Positions 18,540 to 28,256 are shown, counted from the whole stretch's first letter. The stretch: 63,643 nt of DNA, filler included, from 5 parts of 5 records of this genome joined end to end with filler, not necessarily neighbours in it; one strand, 5' to 3'. Numbers and translations: made by a program. The notes: generated by a model from the sequence alone, not told the origin.

Positions 18540-19292
18540 TTATGGGTTTTCAATTTTGTACAACACGGGTCTACTGGGGCTGGCATCGTTTTCAAAGGGT
18601 GCTACTTGTAGGTTTAAAAAGTAGGTGCCATCCTCCACAGGGTTGGGCACATAAATAAATTCTGTTATGGTGGCTTTGGTCCTTGGTTTTCCGCTCATGT
18701 TCCAAAAAGCCTTGTGCGCCAAAAGCTCTCCCCCATCCCTTTCCTTGTCCACGGAGGGGAGGTCTATCAATAAATGATCCACTCCTTTTTTCACCAAATA
18801 TTTGGCCGCTGCCTCCGTCAGGTACGTTGGGTTGGTATCCGAATATTTTTTGCAGCGTTTGTCGCCTAAATTGGGCATCGTCCTGATAACTACGGCCTGT
18901 CTTTTTTTGTTGCCCAAGGCGTATTTTATTTGCTTTTCTGAGATGACAAAATCCTCGTCCATTTGTTCGGGGGCCACGGTGATTACCTCGGCCAAAAAGA
19001 AAAATTGCTTCAGTTTTTTGTTGATGGAGTTGAACTCCTCGGAAATATGTCCCAAACACTCGGTATGCGTAACGTGCGAATGTGGGTTGAACCAAATATC
19101 GTTGAAATTGGTAGATGCGCCCTCGCTTACCTTGCCCACAAACCCGTCCTCTTCATGCGGTGAGATTTTGGGCGGGTCCAAGTACCATGCGTTCACGTTT
19201 TTGTCGCCCCCTTTGAGTGGTATGGAAATATCAAGGGGTTTGGTGAGGTCTATTTTATAGTTACGGGAGTTGTGTTTTATTGTGGCAATCAT
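18540..19292 (-). CDS. Cyclase-family metal-dependent hydrolase (kynurenine formamidase-like)
   Basis: PHSHVTHTECLGH, LIDLPSVD, DASPSRP. Confidence 0.85.
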   Translation of the reverse strand: MIATIKHNSRNYKIDLTKPLDISIPLKGGDKNVNAWYLDPPKISPHEEDGFVGKVSEGASTNFNDIWFNPHSHVTHTECLGHISEEFNSINKKLKQFFFLAEVITVAPEQMDEDFVISEKQIKYALGNKKRQAVVIRTMPNLGDKRCKKYSDTNPTYLTEAAAKYLVKKGVDHLLIDLPSVDKERDGGELLAHKAFWNMSGKPRTKATITEFIYVPNPVEDGTYFLNLQVAPFENDASPSRPVLYKIENP

Positions 19293-19441
19293 TTAAGCTA
19301 AACTAGTTTGCAGTAATTAAGTCAATTCATTTGATAAATGCAATTATTAAGTTCCTTTTGGTTGAATTCTGCTAACTTCACAAAACGGAATCTATTATTT
19401 ATTGTAACGAATCATATGTTAATCATTAGCTGCAATTATAT

Positions 19442-20164
19442 ATGAGAAATTTCATTTGGAATAGAGATCCTCAGGAAGCAATGGATAATCCATATGAATA
19501 TGAGGCTCAAAAACAGTTTAGAAAAGAAGCTAAAAAACTTATTCGTGGTTTAAGAAGTTATATAATAACTGAATACAATTTTAAACTTACAGAAAAAAGT
19601 ACTGAGAAAGCCGTTTGGATGCTAACGATGAATGCTTTGGATTCAGCATTGGAAATTGTTAGATCCTTAAATAAACAAAATCATAGAGTTACAGCTCATT
19701 TATTAAGGACAATAGATGAATCAATTGATTTAGCGGAATTTTTCAACTCTGAATCTATAGAAGCTAAAAACAAATTGGATCGATGGTTTAATGATGAAAT
19801 CATATCCCATTCCGATTTTAGAGATTATATAAAGAAAACTAGAGGAGAAGAAACTTCACAATTGCATAGAGATTATTACAGAACCATTTCCAAATTTTCT
19901 CATAATTCTTATAAAACACTTCTTTACAGTTATGTACAATTGGGTGACGAATCAATCATCCATGAAAGCAAATATGATAGTGGAATATTAATTCCTGTAC
20001 AAACTATTTCTATGTATCACGCAATATCCGGAGCCTATTTTCAAAAAATTGCTTTTAAAATGGCAGAATTTAATTTGATAGACACAATTAAAATGCTCGA
20101 AATGATGAGTGATTCACAAGATGTGAAAACTGAGAAAAGAAGATTTGAGTCAAGAAAAAAATAA
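19442..20164 (+). CDS. AT-rich hypothetical protein, DUF5677/HEPN-like all-helical
   Basis: 240-aa ORF visibly more AT-rich than its flanks; LLRTIDE and YRTISKFSH motifs. Confidence 0.6.
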   Translation: MRNFIWNRDPQEAMDNPYEYEAQKQFRKEAKKLIRGLRSYIITEYNFKLTEKSTEKAVWMLTMNALDSALEIVRSLNKQNHRVTAHLLRTIDESIDLAEFFNSESIEAKNKLDRWFNDEIISHSDFRDYIKKTRGEETSQLHRDYYRTISKFSHNSYKTLLYSYVQLGDESIIHESKYDSGILIPVQTISMYHAISGAYFQKIAFKMAEFNLIDTIKMLEMMSDSQDVKTEKRRFESRKK

Positions 20165-20405
20165 CCGCTGTTAACAACCTATATCTGCAATTGCATCTTT
20201 ATCTTCCGTAAACAACTGTGTAGCATGAAAGTCAGTAATTATAGCTATCTTAGTTTTTAACCAATCTGCAACGGACTGACTTATAAAAAAGATAAATGCT
20301 ATCCCTCATATTGAAACATTCCACTGAACAACGTTGCTTCATAAAAATCATGACTTTAGAACCTTCGTAATAATTTGAAAGCCAACCCACCTCAACTTTG
20401 AACCA

Positions 20406-21113
20406 ATGATCACTACGCATAAATTGAAATCTTTACTTTCGACATTAATTCTAGCATTTTTAGCCCTAATTGATGTAAATGCCCAAAAACTTGACAACAA
20501 CATGGAAAAAGAAAAACCTATTGAAGTTGCCTTTATCATGTTCGATGATTATGAAACTTTGGATGTTTTCGGGCCAGCAGAAATTTTTGGCCGTTTAGTG
20601 GATCTATACTCACTCAAGTTTTATTCCCTCGAGGGAGGTGTAGTCACCAATAGACACAAAGTTCCCATCATGACCGAAAAATTTGAGACCATGGGCACTG
20701 GATCCAAAATCATTTTGGTTCCAGGAGGTATGGGTACCCGAAAGGAAGTGAACAATCCCCAACTATTGGATAAAATAGAAGAACTATCCCAAACGAGTGA
20801 TTTTGTGCTTTCCGTTTGTACGGGCAGCGCACTTCTCGCCAAGTCTGGACTATTGGATGGCAAAAAAGCTACGTCCAATAAGCGGGCATTTTCATGGGTC
20901 GTTTCCCAAAATCCAGAGGCTGATTGGGACAAGAAAGCGAGATGGAAAGTTGATGGTAAATACTACACCTCTTCGGGCGTAAGCGCAGGTATGGATATGG
21001 CTCTGGGCTTTTTAGCCGATAGACATGGTATTGATTTCGCCAGAAAAGTGGCCAAAGAAATTGAATACAACTGGATAGAGGACAAGGATAACGATAATTT
21101 CGTGGCCGAATAA
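20406..21113 (+). CDS. DJ-1/PfpI-family protein (isonitrile hydratase-like) with putative signal peptide
   Basis: ETLDVFGPAE, VPGG, SVCTGS nucleophile elbow, TSSGVSAGMD. Confidence 0.88.
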   Translation: MITTHKLKSLLSTLILAFLALIDVNAQKLDNNMEKEKPIEVAFIMFDDYETLDVFGPAEIFGRLVDLYSLKFYSLEGGVVTNRHKVPIMTEKFETMGTGSKIILVPGGMGTRKEVNNPQLLDKIEELSQTSDFVLSVCTGSALLAKSGLLDGKKATSNKRAFSWVVSQNPEADWDKKARWKVDGKYYTSSGVSAGMDMALGFLADRHGIDFARKVAKEIEYNWIEDKDNDNFVAE

Positions 21114-21116
21114 GCA

Positions 21117-22247
21117 CTACTCTAGATTAAGCATAAAAAGGTCCGAGGCAATCCCATCCGCCAAAAACTTGCCTTTTTTTGTCGTGAGCAATTTTCCATC
21201 CTTGACAGCCAATAATTCCTGCTCCAAAAATTTGGATGATTGTTGGTTGAGATACTTCAGGTAATTCTCTCCAAATTCGGAAGCTATCCTATCCAAATCC
21301 ACACCCCAAATGGTCCGCAGGCCGGTCATCACATATTCGTTGTATCGGTCCGTTGTGGAAAGAGTTTCAATTTCGCTAGGCAGTTCGCCTTCGTTAATTT
21401 TTTTGATATAGGTCGGGTTGTTCCTGATGTTCCAACTTCGATGGGTTCCATCAAAGGAATGTGCCGATGGGCCAACGCCCAAATAGGTTTTGCCCAGCCA
21501 GTAGGCGGTGTTGTTTTGGGAGAAAAAATCAGGTTTTCCAAAATTGGAGATTTCATAGTTCACAAAACCATTGGCTTCCAACATATCCACCAGAATGTGG
21601 AACTGCTCCTGTGCCTGCTCATCATCCACATCGGGAACCACACCTTTTTCTATAAACTTTTTGAGGGCCGTTCGGGGTTCCACCGTTAGCGCGTAGCTGG
21701 AAATATGGGGCAGGTCAAAATCCAAAGCTTTTTGAATATTGGCTTTCCATCGTTCATTGTCCATACCAGGGATTCCGTAGATCAAATCGATGGAGATGTT
21801 GTCAAAATGAGTTCTGGCTTCCCGAATACAGTTTTCAGCTTCTTGGGCATTATGTGCACGGTTCATCAAACGGAGATCTTCTTCAGAAAAGGATTGGATG
21901 CCTATGCTGAGACGGTTTATTGGACTTTTGGATAGTTGGATTATTCGATTTCTGGACAAATCATCAGGATTGGCTTCGAGGGTGATTTCTGGATTATGAA
22001 TTACTTTGTAATTGTCATAAACTGCCTGAATCAAATGTTCAATTTCATCATTGGATAAAACCGATGGCGTTCCCCCTCCAAAATAAATCGTCTCGACCAC
22101 CTCTTCAATCTCCGATTTGCGTAAAACCAGCTCTTTGGCAATGGCCTTGACCATGGTTTCCTTTTTTCCCAACTGGGTGGAAAAGTGAAAATCACAATAA
22201 TGACAAGCTTGCTTGCAAAATGGAATATGGATATAAATTCCGCTCAT
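21117..22247 (-). CDS. hemW: Radical SAM heme chaperone HemW
   Basis: YIHIPFCKQACHYCDF, GGGTPS, YEISNF. Confidence 0.93.
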   Translation of the reverse strand: MSGIYIHIPFCKQACHYCDFHFSTQLGKKETMVKAIAKELVLRKSEIEEVVETIYFGGGTPSVLSNDEIEHLIQAVYDNYKVIHNPEITLEANPDDLSRNRIIQLSKSPINRLSIGIQSFSEEDLRLMNRAHNAQEAENCIREARTHFDNISIDLIYGIPGMDNERWKANIQKALDFDLPHISSYALTVEPRTALKKFIEKGVVPDVDDEQAQEQFHILVDMLEANGFVNYEISNFGKPDFFSQNNTAYWLGKTYLGVGPSAHSFDGTHRSWNIRNNPTYIKKINEGELPSEIETLSTTDRYNEYVMTGLRTIWGVDLDRIASEFGENYLKYLNQQSSKFLEQELLAVKDGKLLTTKKGKFLADGIASDLFMLNLE

Positions 22248-22251
22248 TCAA

Positions 22252-22286
22252 TCAATGATCAATTAACAATTAGCAATGAACAATCC
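22252..22286. repeat. Degenerate heptamer tandem repeat (NCAATKA x5)
   Basis: TCAATGA TCAATTA ACAATTA GCAATGA ACAATCC fills the ruvC-hemW spacer. Confidence 0.7.
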
Positions 22287-22841
22287 TTATTTCTTAATTC
22301 TTGATTCGTTTTGCTTTACAAAAGCTTCCCAACCCGTATAGCTTTTGCCTACCTCTACCCTGCCCTCATTGTAGAAATGACATACTGCGGCCGCCAAGCC
22401 GTCCGTACTGTCGAGGTTTTTGGGCAAGGATTTCAATTTTAGGACGCTTTGAAGCATACGGGCCACTTGCTCCTTACTGGCATTTCCATTGCCTGTGATG
22501 GCCATTTTTATCTTCTTGGGCATATACTCGGTAATCGGTATTTGTCTGGACAGCCCAGCTGCCATCGCTACCCCTTGCGCACGGCCCAATTTGAGCATCG
22601 ATTGCACATTTTTTCCATAAAATGGGGCTTCAATGGCAATTTCATCGGGGTGATAGGTATCGATAAGTTCCAAGGTGCGTTCAAAAATAAGTTTGAGCTT
22701 GGTATAAGGGTCATCGTACTTTTTGAGCATCAACTCGTTCATTTGTACAAAATGCATCTGTTTGTTGATAACCTTGATGATTCCAAAACCCATGATGGTG
22801 GTTCCAGGATCTATTCCCAATATAATTTTTTCTGTAGCCAA
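22287..22841 (-). CDS. ruvC: Holliday junction resolvase RuvC
   Basis: ILGIDPG, AIEAPF, KLGRAQG, DSTDGLAAA; TTG start. Confidence 0.95.
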   Translation of the reverse strand: MATEKIILGIDPGTTIMGFGIIKVINKQMHFVQMNELMLKKYDDPYTKLKLIFERTLELIDTYHPDEIAIEAPFYGKNVQSMLKLGRAQGVAMAAGLSRQIPITEYMPKKIKMAITGNGNASKEQVARMLQSVLKLKSLPKNLDSTDGLAAAVCHFYNEGRVEVGKSYTGWEAFVKQNESRIKK

Positions 22842-22842
22842 A

Positions 22843-23322
22843 TCAGTTGGTGTTTAGTACGAGCGGAAGCCTAAAACGTAGACTTACAGGGTTTCCTCTT
22901 TTCAATGCGGGTGCCACGGTCGTCAAGTCGTTCAAGCTTTCGGAGATCTTGCTGTTGAAATCCGATATTTCGTTGAGTACGGAGGTTTTTTCCTCCACGT
23001 TCAAAACCGAAATAAAACCGTGCTCATCAATCAAAAAATCGATATATACGGTATCGTTCATATCGTTGCGAACTTGAAACTCGAGTCCAGCCAAAGCTTC
23101 CGAAAAATATTCGGTGATTACATTCTGAAAGCACTCCTGTTGTGCCTCTTTCGGGGCGGTTTCATCACAGTCCTCAAAAAGTGGGTATTGGTCCACATCG
23201 TTCCAATCGATGGCCAAAAGTTCTTCATTGACCAGTTTTTGGGTCTTGTCCTCCTTGGACTCGAACAGCTCGCAGGACACGAGCAACCCCATAAAAATGA
23301 TTGATAAAACAAACTTCTGCAT
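22843..23322 (-). CDS. Lipoprotein with TonB C-terminal-like domain
   Basis: Lipobox LLVSC; VDQYPLFEDC...PALKRGNPVSLRFRLP resembles the TonB_C domains of the nearby M56; ATG 23322. Confidence 0.6.
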   Translation of the reverse strand: MQKFVLSIIFMGLLVSCELFESKEDKTQKLVNEELLAIDWNDVDQYPLFEDCDETAPKEAQQECFQNVITEYFSEALAGLEFQVRNDMNDTVYIDFLIDEHGFISVLNVEEKTSVLNEISDFNSKISESLNDLTTVAPALKRGNPVSLRFRLPLVLNTN

Positions 23323-23366
23323 GACAGCCCCTAGAATTTGGCTGAAATTACGACATTTTGAAGAAA

Positions 23367-24503
23367 TCAGTTGCCGACGAAATGGATTTCCTCCTTTATC
23401 TCGGTTATGCGTTTTGTGACCCGTTCCTTGAGCCAAGGAACTATATCCGGGTACATCTCGAGCAACTTTTCGTAATAGTTTAAACGGGTTTTGGGGTCTT
23501 TATAGTACTCATCCGCGAGAATACAGATCTGATAATAATTGTAATAGTCATCTTTGTTCTCTTCCCAAGCCTTCACATAGTAATCCATGGCCTTTTTGGT
23601 CTGTCCTTTGAGTCGCGCTATACGCCCAAGATCTGCATATTCTTGTGGAAAGGTGGCCATTCGCTCCTCAATGGATTTTTCAATGTAGTATTGCGCACTG
23701 TCCAATGCCTTTTCCTTAAAATGTACCTCGCCCAATCCCGAATAGGCGGCCGCTTTCTTATCTGGAAACCCGCTCAATTTGTGATATGTCTCCAATGCCT
23801 TTTTTGGTTCCCAGTTTCGGAAATAGCTAAAGGCCAGTTTTTCGTACACAAAAGGCTTTTCCTCACCCAATTCCAATAATCGTTCAAAATGGGGAATGGC
23901 TTGTTTAAACTGACCGTTATTAAAATAGGCCAAGGCCTTTAGGTTGATCATGGCCACATCGTTTCCATAAAACTGAAGGCCCTTATCGATATAGACCAGT
24001 GCGGAATCCCTGATTTCTTGACCCACATAGTATTTTCCCAAAGCGTACAAACTGCGTAAATGGGTGCTGTCCATTTTCACAGCGATCTTGAACGCCTTGT
24101 TTGATTTATCCGTTTTATCAAGGGATTCGTAGGCCCTTCCCAAATAATAGAAATACTCAGGGTTCTGTTGTTCCGATGATGTCAAAACCTGAAACATTTC
24201 CATAGCTGATGCATAGTTCTTGGTTTTCAACAATAGCTTGCCCAGTTCAAAGCGTGCCAGTTCAAATTCAGGGTTGTTCTCCAAAATAGCTGTGTACTGG
24301 GCAATGGACTTATCATAGTTCCCTATGGAATTATATGAACGTGCTATTTGAAAGCTCGCTTTTTCATCCCCGACTTCTGCATATGCATTGATAGCGGAAG
24401 CATAATTTCCCAAGGCATACAAACTATCGGCAACGGCCAAAGCCGATGTTTGTGCACCGGCTTTACAACTTATAAGGAGTATGAGAACAATTATCTTCTT
24501 CAA
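23367..24503 (-). CDS. Secreted tetratricopeptide-repeat protein
   Basis: Signal peptide followed by multiple TPR-like helical repeats. Confidence 0.85.
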   Translation of the reverse strand: MKKIIVLILLISCKAGAQTSALAVADSLYALGNYASAINAYAEVGDEKASFQIARSYNSIGNYDKSIAQYTAILENNPEFELARFELGKLLLKTKNYASAMEMFQVLTSSEQQNPEYFYYLGRAYESLDKTDKSNKAFKIAVKMDSTHLRSLYALGKYYVGQEIRDSALVYIDKGLQFYGNDVAMINLKALAYFNNGQFKQAIPHFERLLELGEEKPFVYEKLAFSYFRNWEPKKALETYHKLSGFPDKKAAAYSGLGEVHFKEKALDSAQYYIEKSIEERMATFPQEYADLGRIARLKGQTKKAMDYYVKAWEENKDDYYNYYQICILADEYYKDPKTRLNYYEKLLEMYPDIVPWLKERVTKRITEIKEEIHFVGN

Positions 24504-24512
24504 ACGGATTGC

Positions 24513-26171
24513 TTATTTTAATTTGAATGTTATTGGAATTGAAAAAATCACATCGGCTGGTTTTCCATCTTGCATTGCAGGTTCCATTTTTGGCAATTTC
24601 GCAATTATTCTTTGCGCTTCAGCCTCCAAAATAGGACTTGGCCCTTTTGATTTAATATCCACGATATCTCCATCCGCATCAATACCGAACATAATGGCCA
24701 CCCGACCTTGAACTCCTTTTTCTTGTGCTTCTTTTGGATAATTAAAATGCTTGCGAACATGGTTTTGAACGCTCTCCAAGAAACAAGCTCTCTTGTCGGC
24801 TGCATTTTCACAGCCAGGAAATACTGGTGCTTCATCAATTTCGGCAAAGGGAACCCAACCATCTCCACGCTCACCAAACTTTTGAATTTCCTTGTTTATT
24901 TCTTCTTCATCATTCCCCTGGAGCCTGAATGTTATCGGAATGGAAAAAGGTACCTTGACCGTCTTGCCTTCGTGTTTGCCCGGTTGCATTTGTGGCAACT
25001 TAGCTAAAATTCGCTTGGTTTCTTCTTCCAACAGTTCATGTGGGCCTCTCATGTTGATATCGACCACGTTCCCTTCTTCATCCATTACAAAAATGGCACT
25101 TACTCTTCCTTGAATACCAAAAGCTTGTGCTTCATCAGGATAATTAAAATGTTTACGGATGTGTGCTTGAATTTTTTCTTGGAAACAAGCCCTTTTATCT
25201 TCGGCATTTTCACAGCCTGGAAAAACAGGCACTTCATCAATAACTCCAAACGGAATCTCATTGGCAACGGCCAGGGATACCCCATCAGCCGAATCAAGCT
25301 CGGTATCTTCCTTGTTAGTTTCACAAGAAGTATACACTAACATGCCCAATACAAGGGGCAACAACAATACATACTTTAATTGCCAAACGGCTTTGGACTT
25401 CTTTTTTTGTAACATGACTATTCGTTTTTTGATTAGTGATTTATTGAAAAATTGATTGACAAAACTGATATGCTGTGTGTTGAAAGCTTCGGAAAGCAAC
25501 ATTTCATAATGTGCTGCCTTATTTTGTTTAACGGCTTTTTCATCGGCAATGAATTCATGCAACTCGGCAAGTCTGTTTTGATAGATATACACCAAAGGGT
25601 TGAACCAGAATACGATTCGAGCCAACTCAAAAAAGAGCAAATCCAAGGTGTGCCATTGTTTTACATGCACCAACTCGTGGGCCAGGATATTGGCCTCTTT
25701 GTCCCTTTTGATTTCCTCGCCCATAAAAACGTTTCGGAAAAAGGAGAAGGCCGAGGTACTTTTGGGCACTGTGATTTTTGTGAAGTCTTTATAATTCTCC
25801 ACAATACTTTTACGGCGGAGTCTGCTTATCTGAATCAATTTGTACACAAACCATATGGTCGCCAACATACTACCTATGGCCAAAATCAGATAAGGCCATG
25901 GGATACGGTCCAGAAAACTGGTTTCCTCTGCGCCTGGACCAAGCACCACGCCGTTCAATTGTGAAAGGAATACCGTTGTAGTTTCCAAACCCTGTGGCAT
26001 AGTGGTCTGGAGCGCTTGAATCTTCACCCAGGGCAATATGAGGGAAAGGGCAAACGTACCCAACAGATATGCACGGTTCCATTGAAAAAAGGTCTCTTTC
26101 TTTAGAAAAAGGTCATAAGTCAATAAAAAGACCAATTGAAATGCCAAGGATTCTAATATATAGGTAATCAT
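24513..26171 (-). CDS. BlaR1-like M56 peptidase with two C-terminal TonB domains
   Basis: HELVH motif, WFNP, HEFIAD; two IDExPVFPGCE...YP.EA..GxQGRV...FSIPITF repeats. Confidence 0.9.
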   Translation of the reverse strand: MITYILESLAFQLVFLLTYDLFLKKETFFQWNRAYLLGTFALSLILPWVKIQALQTTMPQGLETTTVFLSQLNGVVLGPGAEETSFLDRIPWPYLILAIGSMLATIWFVYKLIQISRLRRKSIVENYKDFTKITVPKSTSAFSFFRNVFMGEEIKRDKEANILAHELVHVKQWHTLDLLFFELARIVFWFNPLVYIYQNRLAELHEFIADEKAVKQNKAAHYEMLLSEAFNTQHISFVNQFFNKSLIKKRIVMLQKKKSKAVWQLKYVLLLPLVLGMLVYTSCETNKEDTELDSADGVSLAVANEIPFGVIDEVPVFPGCENAEDKRACFQEKIQAHIRKHFNYPDEAQAFGIQGRVSAIFVMDEEGNVVDINMRGPHELLEEETKRILAKLPQMQPGKHEGKTVKVPFSIPITFRLQGNDEEEINKEIQKFGERGDGWVPFAEIDEAPVFPGCENAADKRACFLESVQNHVRKHFNYPKEAQEKGVQGRVAIMFGIDADGDIVDIKSKGPSPILEAEAQRIIAKLPKMEPAMQDGKPADVIFSIPITFKLK

Positions 26172-26425
26172 TGCTCTTTGTCTTTAATGTTCTTCATAAT
26201 GTCTTCGAGTTCCTTCAGGCTGATATCGTTCTTTTTCATAAAAAAGGATACCATACTGCTAAATGACCCTTGGAAATATCCATCCATCAACGTATTCAAG
26301 CGTTGGTTGCTGTACTCTTCCTTTTTCATCAAAGGAAAGTACACGTGCCCCTTGCCCACTTTCTCATGGGATACAAAACCTTTGTCCTCCAAAATTCTGA
26401 CAATCGTGGACACGGTATTATAGGC
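26168..26425 (-). CDS. BlaI/MecI/CopY repressor (5'-truncated at contig end)
   Basis: YNTVSTIVRILEDKGFV...YFQGSFSSMVSFF; stop overlaps the M56 start. Confidence 0.88.
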   Translation of the reverse strand, partial: AYNTVSTIVRILEDKGFVSHEKVGKGHVYFPLMKKEEYSNQRLNTLMDGYFQGSFSSMVSFFMKKNDISLKELEDIMKNIKDKEQ

Positions 26426-26525
26426 NNNNNNNNNNNNNNNNNNNNNNNNNNNNNNNNNNNNNNNNNNNNTTAATTAATTAANNNNNNNNNNNNNNNNNNN
26501 NNNNNNNNNNNNNNNNNNNNNNNNN
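26426..26525. other. Artificial contig spacer
   Basis: N44-TTAATTAATTAA-N44 (stop codons in all six frames). Confidence 0.97.
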
Positions 26526-28117
26526 AAAACCCGGAACACGGGTATGCACTGGATTTCATCGACCTGATGAAAAAGGCATTGCCTGTGGCCAAAGCCAAAG
26601 GCATCCGGATTGTGGCCAACGCAGGTGGCTTGAACCCGGCGGGTTGTGCGGCGGCATTGCAAAAAGCCATGGACGAATTGGGCCACACGGTACGCATCGG
26701 CGTAGTCAGCGGCGACGACGCCACACACACCTTGATGCAATTGCGCAAAGACGGTGTCGAGCTTGCCGACCAACATTCGAGCCAGCCTGCCCCGCCCTTT
26801 TTCCTGACAGCCAACGCCTATCTTGGAGCATTTCCAATTGCGGCGGCGCTGGACGCGGGGGCCGACATTGTAATCACTGGCCGGGTGGTGGACAGCGCCA
26901 TGGTGCTGGGCGCACTGGTGCATGAATTCAAATGGCGGACCACCGACCTGAACCAGCTTGCGCAAGGTAGCCTGGCCGGACACATTGTGGAATGCGGTGC
27001 ACAGGCCACAGGTGGTTTGTTCACCGATTGGCAAGATGTGCCCGATTGGGCCAACATTGGCTACCCCGTTGTGGATGTTGCAGCCGATGGCAGTTTCGAA
27101 CTGAGCAAACCGGAAGGCACCGGTGGACTGATCAACAAAGCCGTGGCGACCGAACAACTGTTGTATGAAATTCACGACCCCGCGCACTACGCACTACCCG
27201 ATGTGGTGTGCAACTTCACCACCGTGCACATTGAAGAAACCGGTGTGAACCAGGTGCGAATTCATGGCGCCACAGGCAAGGCCCCAAGCAATATGTACAA
27301 GGTGTGCGCCACGTACCCCGAGGGGTTTCGCTGCATCGGCATGCTGTCGATTGTCGGTTTTGATGCGCACGCCAAGGCACAGCGCACAGGCGAAGCAATT
27401 CTTGAACGCACCCGCGCCATGTTCAAACGCCAGGGCCTGGCTGATTACACCCGCACATCCATTGAAATTATTGGCAGCGACACCGACCAGTGCCAAGAGG
27501 CAATGATGCGCATTGCAATCGCCCACGCAGACAAAAAAGCGGCATCCATATTTTCCCGGGAAATAGCACCTGCAGGCACCAGCTACGCACCGGGTACCAG
27601 TGGCAACTTTGGCATGGGGCGCCCCAATGTAACGCCCCTGATCAAACTGTTCAGCTGCTTTGTTCCCAAACAGCTACAAACAGCCAAAGTTCAGCTGGGT
27701 GCCGAACAACTGGCTTACGACGAACCAGAGCACCCCAAGGCAGGCACACCCAAGCCTTCCATTGCGGCCACAGCACACAAACCCGTGGCCATTCCCGCAG
27801 AACTGAAAGGCAAACTATTGATAGACATTGCACATGGTCGAAGTGGCGACAAAGGCAACACAAGCAATGTAGGCATCGTGGCCAGAAGCCCCGAATACTG
27901 GCCGATCTTGCAGCAATTGCTGCAACCGGAAAAGGTGCGCGAGCATCTTTCTCATTTGGTAAAAGGGGGGGTCCACACTTTCGAGCTACCTCAACTTCAC
28001 GCATTCAATATCGTTATGCAAGAAGCACTGGACGGCGGTGGAATGACCTCCATGCGCAATGACCCCCTTGGCAAAGGGATGGCTCAGGTGCTGCTAAACA
28101 TGAAAATAAACGAATAA
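26526..28117 (+). CDS. atuA: Acyclic terpene utilization AtuA-family protein (5'-truncated)
   Basis: ANAGGLNP, ANAYLGA, GADIVITGRVVDSA, GHIVECGAQATGG, C-terminal AHGRSGDKGN; frame open back to the gap. Confidence 0.88.
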
Positions 28118-28256
28118 TCTTCACCTGTTTGATGGGGTACACCACGTTGGGCGTACCCCCTAGCTAGTTATCTTTTTCCTACAAGGTGTCTCCGTTAGGG
28201 AAGGTGTGAGGCGATTCAAAGTACGCCTACTACATCCAACATTCAGGAGAAACACC

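Noticed and set aside
26470..26481. TTAATTAATTAA repeated four times in the window
   Set aside because: Always centred in exactly 44+44 Ns; an assembly linker, not a biological repeat
26270..27187. ORFs running into or across N spacers, and any cross-contig 'operon'
   Set aside because: Artefacts of concatenation; flanking contigs come from different organisms
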